From Callorhinchus milii (Eukaryota): 64,000 bases of DNA. A program made the translations under genes and the position numbers. The notes beneath the pieces were generated by a model. The model saw only the letters and a program-made list of their open reading frames with translations. It did not search any database and was not told the origin of the DNA. Location: positions 53,942,001 to 54,006,000 of the forward strand of contig NW_024704743.1 of NCBI RefSeq assembly GCF_018977255.1. Reading direction: 5' to 3'. This document shows positions 1 to 11,900 of this stretch, in pieces. How positions within the stretch are numbered: the first letter of the stretch is position 1; each line of letters begins with the position of its first letter.

Positions 1-985
1 ACGACATTCTGAACATCTGCGACAAGGACTCTGTCTCCTTGTCCTCCTCGACCACTCCTGCCTTTGATACTGTCGACCACTCTATCCTACACCACCTCTC
101 CTCAGCTCAACCTTCACAGACCTTGCCTGGTTCGAATCCTACCTCTCCCACCATCTCCACTTTGTCGCCACTAACATCTTCTCCTCCAGCCCCCACACCG
201 TCATGTGTGGCATTCCTCAGGGCTCTGTCCTTGCTCCCCTCCTTTTCAATATCTGTATGCTCACTCTTGGTGACATCGTCCACAGACATGAGGTCAATTT
301 CCACATGTATGCGGATGACACCCATCTCTTTCTTCCTCCACCCTTGACTCGAGGACCACTGCTGTCCTCACAGGCAGCCTGTCAGACATCAAGTCCTTGA
401 TGAAGGCTTACTTCCTGCAGTTGAATGTCAACAAGACCAAGGCCTTCCTGCTTGGCTCTCGTCAGCGCTTCCATACTTCAGGCGCTGACAGCATCTCCTT
501 CCATGGAGCCAATACGGAACCTCGGCATCCTGTTTGACCCTCAACTATCCTTCATATCCCACATCCGTGCCATGACCCGCTATGCCTTTCCCACCTCCAC
601 AACATTGCTCGGCTCTGCTCTGTTTCATACCGCAGGCCGCCAAGACCCTCATATACACATTCATAACATCCAGGCTCGACTAAGCTAACTCCTGCTTGTC
701 AGCCTCCCCAATTCCTCCCTCTACAGGCTGCAGATCATCCAGAACTCTGCAACCAATGTCCTCCCACACCATGCTCTGTGACCCTATCTTCCCCCATCCT
801 CGCCCGACTCCACTGGCTTCCCATCACACAAAGGATACAGTTCAAGATCCTGGTCCTCACCTTCAAAGCCCTCCATGGCCTTGCTCCCCCCGCTACCTCT
901 GCGACCTCCTAACCACTTACCAACCTGTCCGCTCCCTCCGCTCAGCGGGTTCCGGCCTGCTTCACGTCCCCCGCCTTGCCCACCA
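1..985 (+). mobile_element. L2-clade LINE fragment (decayed RT and C-terminal region)
   Basis: Frameshifted RT motifs PQGSVLAPLLF, YADDTHL and [12 protein letters not shown]. Confidence 0.9.
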
Positions 986-1287
986 GGCAAACAACACTGG
1001 ATTCTCTCCAAAAAATGAACACTTTGTGTGATCTTAACTTCTCATGTGAACTTTAATAAGGAAACCTAAGATCTGTTTTAAATGTGACAATGCCTTTTTA
1101 ATGAGATTGCAAAGTATGGTTGTTGAACGTTCATCATCAATGCCCTTAACATTACATCAGTGACCTGAATCACCCAACCTGTTTCAGTAATCAGGTCACC
1201 TCACTAAGTAGGTCACTTTTGTCCAGTCCCTTGAGTAGTGAGGTCCTACTGTACTTTCAATTTATTATTACCTACATACATACTTAA

Positions 1288-1560
1288 TGGAGTCGTGTAT
1301 CTTAGTGATTAGAGCACTTGCCTCCCAAGCGAGAGCCTTGGGTTCGATTCCCAGGCAGGGCAAAACGTTAGGCAAGTTTCCTTATTCCACATACCTCTGT
1401 ACCTAGCAGTAAGTAGTAACCCGGGTGTTAGTCGATTGGCTGATCGCTTTTCCGGGGGTAATGATCCCTTTTTAAAAAAATGATAATTTGGTGACTCAAT
1501 CCACGACTGTGGGACATTGCTGTGCGCAATTGACTTCACTGGTTATACTGTATTTTGTGG
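1288..1560 (+). mobile_element. tRNA-derived SINE, family A (longer-body variant)
   Basis: Head with GGTTCGATTCC B box. Confidence 0.8.
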
Positions 1561-1624
1561 GAATACTCTGAATGCTACAGCTTTAACTAATCAATTGTTT
1601 TCATGTAAAAAAAATTTTTCTTAG

Positions 1625-1652
1625 TTTACAGAAACAACTGACCGATGACTGA
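1625..1652 (+). CDS. CDCA7L: Probable terminal coding exon of CDCA7L ((S)LQKQLTDD*)
   Basis: Polypyrimidine tract plus AG at 1615-1624, then T TTA CAG AAA CAA CTG ACC GAT GAC TGA. It resembles the human CDCA7L C-terminus as I recall it (..SLQKELVEDN), and CDCA7L is the tail-to-tail neighbour of DNAH11. The segment is very short. Confidence 0.6.
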
Positions 1653-2610
1653 AATGCCAGCCATGATCAATTGGATACAATACAAGTGGAGGTTAAATAC
1701 TCAAGGAAACAGTTTATTACAGCTGCTTTCTGCCTTTATTTTCTATGAACCAGAATTTTTGCATAAAAAAGTAGTCTTTAATTTACAAATGTTATTACTA
1801 GAACTTGAAAATAACTAGAAAATCTGTTGTAAAGGATTTTCTCCTAAGCAGCTACCTGTTACTGTAAAAGTTAATTCACACTGAGCCATGCATACAAATG
1901 AGTGAATTTGTGTAAATTGCAAATTGTTTTTTGTTTTATTGAAGAGTATACTTTTATAATGCAAAGCAGCCCGAGTTTACGTGGAATGCAATAATGCTAC
2001 TGAAAAGCTGTATTATTTGAGTAAATAAGGTACTTATGATCTGGGAAAAACAATCTTGTGTTAAAAGTGCATTACCTGACACCATTGAACATCCATCCTG
2101 CTTCCATTGTGTTGTATGCAACATATTTTTGTTATGTAAAAACAGATACTGTAACTGGAAATCTAGTAGATGTTAATGCAAAAATTCATGTTCTGAGTGT
2201 CATCCCTTGCCTTTTTGTGTTAACGTTTCATCTTCCTACCAATCTGCAGTTAGTCATCTGCTGTTAGGAAAAGTTTAATTTTGGGAAAAAAAAGTTTGGG
2301 TTTTAAATAATTGTTGATTGTTTTAAATTAGAGCTTCCATTTATAAACGATTTTCTTTCAGAATATGTACAAAATTGTTGCAGTTTTATGTTAATGTTTA
2401 CAGGTGTTTCAAAAATTGTTGCACTGAATGACCTTTACCTAGACTTGCATTGTTATTTTCAGTCTGTAACCATTTTCATGTCATAATAAATGATTTAAAA
2501 GTTGATGGCTGGTCTGCTATAGTGTTCGTTCTCAATCACCTCAAGCACATTTATGTTGAAATAAACTCAAGCTGTCTGTAAAAGAATAAAGACTTCCAGT
2601 TTTAAACATC
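1653..2610 (+). other. Probable 3' UTR of the CDCA7L-like gene with polyadenylation signals
   Basis: AT-rich, repeat-free; AATAAA at 2485-2490, 2560-2565 and 2585-2590. Confidence 0.5.
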
Positions 2611-2721
2611 AGTACAAGAACCCAAAACACAATCTAAACCTGCAGTTTTCAGTAACTTATAGATCATTATAATTATCTGTTATACCCCTATAGGAATCCA
2701 CTGCAGGTGATATTTGTTCAC

Positions 2722-2969
2722 CTAGACAAATAACAGAAGTGCCACTCCAGCAAGGATCCATTTGGCAGGCTTCTCTCTGGTCTTCAGATTAAAAGTCCAG
2801 ACATATGTAGGTCCTCTGATTTTGGTCTTGTAAACTGGACATTCATAAATGTTCTTCATCTCCTGCCGGTCTACTGGAATGGCCCTGACATAGATGACTG
2901 GCATAGTGGGAGTCAGGTCTTTCAGACGTGCTTCTGCAATGATACCAGTCTGGATATCCCACCTTGCGC
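2722..2969 (-). CDS. DNAH11: DNAH11 last coding exon (ARWD...YECPVYKT...[12 protein letters not shown])
   Basis: 248 nt, AG acceptor, TAG stop at 2724-2722. Confidence 0.94.
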
Positions 2970-5900
2970 CTAAATTTCAGCAAATAAAAAGCAGTTTTAG
3001 TTGCATTAAATGCTGCAAACACTTAACAAGTTAATTTTAATTTGTTCATCATGCCTTAGTGTTGACCCAGCAGAGCTCTGTTTTTTTAATGTGTAAAATT
3101 ATCCTTTTTGTTTTCTCCCTTTAGTCCATGACAAGGAAGTTATGGGCCTGGAATACGTCTAGAGGCTTGCCCAAGTCACATTCACTTATAATACTTCACT
3201 TTACATTTACATTTACACACATACAATAATAATCCTTGCATTTGATATAGCGCTTTTCATGTCTAGATGTCTCAAAGAACTTCACAGAATATACTGTAAA
3301 ATGAATTGACTATTTGTGGGCTGAGTGACCAAATTATTATTTTTTTTTGGAAGGATTATTATTCCCGGAAACATGATCCACCAATCGACTAACAACAAGG
3401 TTACTACTTACTGCTAGGTAAACAGGCATGTGGAGTAAGGAAACTTGCCCAACATTTCACCCTGCCGGGAATATAACCCAGGTCTCTCGCAAGGTGAGTG
3501 CTCTAACCACTGAACTACTGGATTGAATGGCAGAATTACTGGATAGTAATAACTACCTGTTGGTTTTGTGCTAGGACTAAGTCAGCACAAACCAGGGATT
3601 AAGTTTAAGTGGTAGGCTAATATATTATATAAAGACCTGAATGCAAATTGCATTTAAGTTTTGAGGTGGTTCATGTTGGGAACTCTTGTCCATTGAAAAT
3701 TGCATTAACATCCCATGAACTAAATAGCATCTTCAATAAAGAAAATATCTCTCGGTTAGACGATGAAAAATCAATAAGAGAAAAGTGCACTTTCTTCCCA
3801 ATGCTTTATCCAGAATCATTGGAAAATCATTTTATGTGTTAATTTTGCCCAGTTGGAAATGTGCAGAAATGTGTTTTCACCTTCCACGAAGAGTCCATGA
3901 ATGTAGGCTCCTTCTCTGGGTGGGTGGCTGTAATCTTCTTTGGTTTTCTTTGTGACATCCACAGTCAGACACATCTTATCCAAAGGCCATTCATTCTTGC
4001 GTGCCATGCTCTGCATGATTGCTGAAGAATGCCAGCATGTCAGTTCATACAGTCATTTTTATACACTTGGGATTTTACTCCCCCAAAGCCCACATTTTTG
4101 AAAGAGACCACTTGGATTTTTTTAATTATGCACAAAGCATTTCATGTTTAATTACTGTCAGTGCAACAAATTTTGCAGGCAATGCAACAGCCATTTTGTG
4201 CCTACAAATAGCCATAAAGCTTGAATAGAAAACACACATAGTTTTACAGGGCACAAAAATAGTTAAGTCGACCCAACTAGCCTGTGCTGGTGTTTATACT
4301 CTACACAAACCGCCAACCCTCCTATTCCTCTCACCTATACCCCTCTTAATTCCCTTCTCCATGTACGTTTCAAGTTTACTCAAATACATTGATGAATAAC
4401 CAGTTAATCTGGAGGACTATCGGATGGAAGAACAGATCGATTGAACCTTGGTTTAATATCTCATCGAAGGCTAGTACCTGCAATAATACAGTGGTCCTCC
4501 AACACTGCACTGGAGTGTCAGCCTTAGCCTTAGATCCAGCTCAGCCATGGGGTTTGAACCTGCAGATTTCTGACTCAAACATGAGAAAGCTACTAATGGA
4601 AGGTTGAGTGTCAATTCCTGGTCTGTGTGGAACCATCTATCTCAGCCAGTGATCCGATCAACGCTACTTCAGTTTCTTCTTCATTGTTGCTTCAGTGTTT
4701 TGACTAGTAGCAAAGGTAGCTATTGGATCTGGAGTTTGGTTTCAGGTTCAGGAATAGCAGCAACCAAATCTCGATGCAGCAATCTAGGTATGACCTGATA
4801 CCTGGCATGATATAAGTGCTCTGGGACCCTTCCCTGCATGAGGGGCGCTAAATAAGTGCAAGTTGTTGTTGTATTCAGCTTGAGTGTGAGTTCTGGGGAT
4901 ATGAATTGAATTGATTTGACAATGTAGCCCAGCGTACTGAACACCTTGTTTCTTGCTGTCTCACACTGTTTTGATACGGAAAGCAATGAGTCCCACACTC
5001 ACATGAGTCAATTAAGATAAGATCCTATTCTGCTTTCTTACCTGTCATAACGGTGAATCTCCCAGTTTCAGACGGATATATCTTAACTAAAGCTAAGTGC
5101 ACTTTTTGGATACATTTTGTGACTTACCAGTAAGAAAAGACTGAGGATTAAAAAATCCAGAAAGCCAGACAACAGCAGGAAGGCCAAGATCATGAGTCCA
5201 AGTGTCAAGTTCACGACAACGCAAAAGAACATCACAGAACCTGTGAAACAAAGAAAAATACAGTAAGATGCAACGAAAACACATACTTGAATGTGCGCAA
5301 TTAAGTCACTATAATCATTTGGATTGGAATAAACTCAACATGCCTTAATTTGTCTATCCTTTTCAAATATTACTAAAATCGGTCATTAACTTCATGGCTG
5401 TTTGTCGGACACTGTTTGCACAAACTGGATGCCACATTTGCTTACAAATGCCCAATCAATATCCTTTATATTTTGAATTGCATGAAGTACTTTGAGGCGT
5501 TTTAACGATGTGATAAGGTGCAATATCAAATGCAAGATTGGTGTCAGCCATGCTCACTTTTGCTTCTGAGTCAGATGTTTGTGGGTTCAAGTTCCATGTT
5601 AGGACTTTTACTTCACAATCTAGGCATTTCGCCCACTAAATATATAGTCAATTCACTTTACACTATATTCTGTGAAGCACTTTGAGACGTCGTAAAGACG
5701 TGATAAGGCGCTAAATCAAATGCAAAGATTATTATTTTATGGCTGACATTCCAATCTATTGCTGAGGGTGTGCTGCATTGTCAGAGGTGCCATCCTTCAG
5801 ACGAGATGTTAAACCGAGGCCTCGTCTGCCTGTTTTGGTTGAAGATCTGGTGGCAATATTCAAAAAGAGAAGGGAGTTTCCCCCAGTTCTGAACCAACAA

Positions 5901-8900
5901 TCCCTGTAATAAAATTGGTCACTCACTTCATGGCTGTTTGTCAGACACAGTTACCACATTGTGCAGTAAAATCCTGTGAAGGCGTTGAGACGTCTCAATG
6001 ACATGTACATCAAATGCAAGGATTTTATATACATTATATATTATATAAGCATTATTATTATTATTATCCTGCTCCTCTGAGGACGCAATACAATTTACAT
6101 TTAAAAGAGCACCTGTCACATCAGCAGAATGTCTCAAAGCACTTCACAGAATGAAGAACAAATTGGAAGTTCTCTCCCTGGTTACTTTTCTAGCACTTTT
6201 GGTCGTTATCTCAAAGAAGAGATAAACGTAGGAGAAATAAAATTAAAACTCAATCAGATACTTTGTGTATCTAACCTGGGATCTTCCTTCTCTGTACTGC
6301 TGTATGGCAACATCTTTACCAACTGAACCTTAGCAGACCCGATTGTGAAGTTATAAATGAAATTTTCACAGCAGTTCAATTATCTATTTAAAAAACACTA
6401 CATTAATATCTCTTACCACTGTGCCAAGCCACAGGAGGATGGATACGCCAGGCGAGTCCAGATCTCTGGGACTTTGTCATAGTACAGTGCTGACTGCAAA
6501 TCTTCCATTTCAGCTGAGACAGTCAGTTCACCCTGCAAAGAATATAAACAAGAATAAATATGATAGGAAAGGGAAAAAAACAGCCAGGTCATCCAAGCTT
6601 TCTGAACTTGATTTACACAGACAACTGTATCCTGCTTTAGTTACATGTCTGTATCCTTCTACTCCCTCGCCTGTCAGGATCCTGTCTGTTTCTGCTGACT
6701 GTTTTGGCTATTTTAAAACATCTACAAAGGCTCCTTCTGCTCCTTAAGGTGTCAATCTGGCTCAGTTGGTAGCACTCTCCCCTCTGGGTCACAAGGTTGC
6801 GAGTTCAAGCCGCACGTTAGGAATTGGAACTCATATCATCTAAGATGACACTCCAATGAAGTGCTGGGGGAGTGCTGCATTGTTAGTGGTATCATCCTTC
6901 AGATGAGACATTAAACCGAGGTCCTGTCTGCCTGTTCAAGTAGATGTTAAAGATCCAATGATTGAAGAGAAAGATGTTTCTCCCTGTGTCCTGGCCAACA
7001 ATTCTTCAAAATAAAAAAAAGTAGCCATTCACTTCACCGCTGTTTGTGGGGCACTGATGTGTACAAGTTAGTTGCTTTGTTCACCCAGAAAATACAGTCA
7101 CTACACTTAAGTTTACAGTATTTCCTGTAAAGTGCTTTCAGATATCCTCCTGACTTGAAAGGTGCTTTACCAAAAGTAACTTATTTTTATTATTATTATC
7201 TAATAGTTTAGGGTGACTTTTTTCACGCAGAGGGTAGTGAGAATGTGGAACTCAATGCTGAACATAGTATTTGAAGCAAAAAGCATCAATCTATTCAAGA
7301 GGAAACTTGAGGCATACATGAGCAAGAGGGGAATTTAGCCGTATAAGAGAGGGGAATAAGAGGGTGGAGGCTCATGTGCAGTATAAACACGAGCATGGAC
7401 TGGTTGGGTTGAGTGGACTGTTTCCATGTTGTATCCCACTATTTAATGGGACTTGAGATCATCGTTCAGGCTGACACCTCGTGACAGTGCTGGGGGAGTG
7501 CTGTATTGTTTGGAGGTGCCATTTTTTGAATAAGACTTTAACTCAAGTACCTGTTCTTCAGGTGAATGTTAAAGATCCTATTCAAACTTTTCAGAACTGT
7601 ATTTCAGGCCTCCAGTACATATAACATTGTTTTACCTTCAGACCAAGATCCAATTCCTTAAGTGATCTCCGAATCTCTCGTGTAAGTATGTTCATGCGTT
7701 CACACTCTTGGAAACAAACAAGAACATAAGGAGTGCGCTCGGCTGTCTTAGCCATAATTTCTACCATGTTAAATTCTTCTGGAAGTTTCTCTACAATATC
7801 ATCCAGAATAGTCTTCACCTAAAAAAAAAAACAGGTTAGTGTATCCGTAAAATTTTGGCCCAAACCAGAAACATATAAATGACTGAAATCTATACGTTAA
7901 ATTACACGTTTCGAAGACTATAAAGCATCTAAAATTAGACTACATGAACACGCTTTTTTAAGTTGCAAGTAAATCAGATTCAAAAACGAAATGGTGCAAT
8001 ATACCATAGAGCCATCAATATTTTTGCAGCACAGAAAGAAGCTATTCAGCCCTTCATGTCTGTGCTGGAACTCTGAAAGAGACATCCATTTAAGCCCATC
8101 TCCTGTATTTTCCCCACACCCTTTAGACTGAAATCCGTACTGTTTAACCCTAACTCTGCCCAGGAATCAAATTCAGGTCCTCTCGCTTACGAGGTGAGTG
8201 CTCTAACCACTAAGCTACAGGTCTCCACCAAATGAAAGCCATCATCAGGCTTACGACTATCCAAATCAGACTTGAGAGTTCCATGCATTCCCCTTACACG
8301 TGGGAATTGCTGTGTACTGGAATAGAATTCACATTATCTCCCTGACAAGAACCAAGATTTGGGGACTCATCGGAGTCCATTGTGGGACTGCTGGGGTTTA
8401 ATCTGCTAATACTGCGTAGCTTGCCAATTATTGAAAGCACTGTCTTTTTTGTGCTGCTTATCCAGCTAGGACAACACTATTTGTTAGGGCTTTGGCTCGC
8501 AGGGTTAACATGAGCTGGGTGGGAAGAATCTCAGTTTCTACATTGTTTCTGCTCCCAGTCACTATCATGGCCTACCAAATCAACCAGGCTGGCTGGTCTG
8601 TCTAATTCTTCTAACCTTTCCTATCTCCAAGCTATGATACTTATAATAATAATAATAATCCTTGCATTTGATATAGCGCTTTTCACTTCGGGAGGACTTC
8701 CCAAAGCGCTTCACAGAACACACTGTAAAGTGAATTGACTGTATATTTGTGGGCGAACGCGGCAGCCAATTGCGCACAGCAATGTCCCACAAACAGTCAT
8801 ATGGATTGAAAATGACCAATTTATTATTGTTTTTGGTTTTGGAGGGATTATTATTAGGTGTGTGGAGTAAGGAAACTTGGCCAAGGTTTCGCCCTCTGCC

Positions 8901-11900
8901 TGGAATTGAACTCAGGTCTCTCACTTGCAAAGTGAGTGCTCTAACCACTGAGCTACAGGACTCCACAAAAGAAAGACTTAGCATCTTTCTCTCACATACA
9001 AACATTTCAGTCACATCTGCCAATGTACACATACAATGGGGATTATTCTGTGTCTTGGTACATTTATGAGCAACCTGGAGCGAAGATCAGTAACTTTACT
9101 GACAAGCAGAAAGCAATCCTCAAAGAATCTGATTTTCCTGAAAGAATCACGTAGCTTGATTCCCTTGACAACTTATTGCTAAAAAAGGGGGCCTAAATGC
9201 ACACAATTGCAGTGTGTTGCACTTGTATCAATCTCCTGTGACGTATAACACCACACACTCTAGTGCTGTACAGGGTGAACAATGACTGATGTTTAATGAG
9301 TAATTAAGATTAAAAAACATAAAATTAAAGCAGAGTGAAAATAGAGAAATCACACTTTGTTCTTGCTATTGTCATTATGTAGGGCACTCTGTTCTTCTGG
9401 ACTTATTCCAAATGACTGATCACTGTGGCAATTTTGCTAATGATTTTATGCTCAGAGACATTACGCGATACCGATTGCTAATCTGTGCCCGTCCATCAGA
9501 CAGTTAGGTGCTACAGTGGGTGCTAACGGCCATCATCAACACTCATCAGGAACCTGACGGCATCAATGGATCGAAGGATTGCAACTGTTCCCAGAGCAGT
9601 ACAGAATTCGAATGTCTGGTGGCACATCCGATTAGGCTCCTCTAAGCAGCTGCATCTATATTTATGTTCAAAAACCATAGGCGACATAGGCAAATATTGT
9701 CAATAAACAGATTCCCCCAAAGATCACTGGTAATGATCGGCTGAGTGAGAATTAACTGAAAGAAACTGGTTCTTTTAACATGACTCATAGGAACAGGAGG
9801 AGGCCATTCAGCCCTTCAAGCCTCTTTTGCCATTTAATTAGATTATGGCTGATCTGTACCTCAACTAATTTTCAATTCCAATTTCCCACTTTCTCCCCAT
9901 ATCCCTGATATCCTGACCTACCAAAAATCTATCAACCTCACTCTTGAAGGTGTGGATGGATCCAGCACCATTGGCCTTTTTGGGGAGAGAATTCCAGATT
10001 TCTACCACCCTTTGAGTGAAAAAATGCTTCCTGATTTCACTCTCAAATGGGCTTGTGTCTGCCTGGCTCAGTTGGTAGCACTGTTGCCTCTGACTCAGAA
10101 AGATGTTGGCTCAAGCTCCATGTCGGGACTTTGAACTCATTGTCTACGTTGACACTAGTGCAGTGCTGTGCATTGTGGATTGTTAGAGGTGCCGTTCTTT
10201 GGACATGACATTAAACCATTGTCCCTTCTGCCTGTTCAGATGGACATTAAAGATCCCATTTTACGACTCAAAAAAAAGGGAGTTCTCCTGGCCAACAATA
10301 CCCCAGATAAAGCTGGTCATTCACTTCATGGCTATTTATGGAACATTGCTCTGCACAAATTAGCTTCCCTGTTTCAGTCGCAAAATTCACAGGCACAGCA
10401 CTTGACGGTATATCCTGGGAGGCACTTTGAGTTTCACAGACACGAAGGCGCTATATCAAATGTAAGGATTATTATTATTATAATAACTTTGGAGTCACAT
10501 ATGTTTTGTCAATTAACATAGTGTACTGATTCTAAATTAATACATAAAGTGAGATCAATCCTCCACCGCGAGGGAAATTTAATCACAAGATTGGTTTGGA
10601 TGGAGAAGGTCCGTTGGTCCATATAATCTTATCCTTCCAGAAAGCCCACCCTATCGTTCCCCATTCCATCACAACATCAAGTTGATTTTTAATGAGTCTA
10701 GTGTCCTGGTACAGTCATCCTGACCTTCTCCTCTGTTGTTTGCGCAGATCCCTCTCCGACAGATGAATCTCTCGGCTGCAAATCCAGAAGTGTTCGAAAG
10801 AGTTGATCTGAAGTCACCGTGAGGAATTCAATTTCAGCATTAGAATGCAGGCCATAAAGAACAGGACTCTCTGGAGGAAGGATTTCATCAATGTATCTAT
10901 GGTAGCCAACATAGTCCATGTTGGGAGGAGCTGTAAAACCTGGTGCCAGTGTAAGCTCTCCTTCAAACTACATAACAACAAAAATCAAATATATTTGTAC
11001 CCAACCAGCAGTTTGATGAACAATAGATACGTTATACATTAATTCCAGGATTACTTGGAAGGCTGAAAATCAGTGGTGCATGAAATGTGAATAGTACTGT
11101 TCATCAGCCAAACTGGACATTCATTGCGAATGAAATATTATTTTGTATCATTTAATAAGCATCACGCTCAAAGAAGATGATTTACATCTCGAGTAAGCTG
11201 CTTTGACGTATATAAATGAAAACAATTGAAGGGATAATGTTTTACTCAAATCATTTAATCAATATTAGGTGTTTGAATAATGCAATTACATTTTGTTAAA
11301 TTAGTGATATTAATGTAACATATTCTAAAAATAAATCTTTCAAATTAAAAACATGTTTGGGGATAACTTTCAGGGATTTTATGCCATGAATTGAAAATTT
11401 GAGGTCCAGCTAGATGGACAGAACCAGTGATATGTGGAAGATACGACTCCTGCAACCAACTCTCAGTCTGTGCCACACCTACAAATCATTAAACCAAGTA
11501 ATCTAGTAACACAAACACCAAGTAATCTAGTAACACAAACATATTTTAAACAACTGTGATGCATTTCTTCAGATTTCTCAGTAGAGGGCACCAAAAGCCC
11601 TATAAATTCTGGTCTGGAGCCTGAAGGTCGTTCATCACACTAAACCGGTGATATTAAAAATTAGTTTAGATCATATCAGATCAGAAATTCTATCTCCATT
11701 TCCACAAGTAGAAATATTTTCCAAGTGGTCAGCTATCATCAGTTAACAGTCCTTTCCTATCAGTGCTTTAAATAGGGTTTACTCTTTTCTCTGAATAAGG
11801 TTAGACTATTTTGCCCAGTAACATTCCACATAAAATACCAGAAATACAAAGATGGTGCAGATCTCTTCAGAAATCATTATTAGTCACCTGGGCTTAAATC

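Noticed and set aside
39..1031. ORFs with reverse transcriptase motifs as a functional gene
   Set aside because: Frameshifted, truncated L2 remnant
8580..9069. 150-aa and 106-aa ORFs with similar ORFs at 24144, 50700 and 52302
   Set aside because: Chance translations of SINE copies, not a protein family
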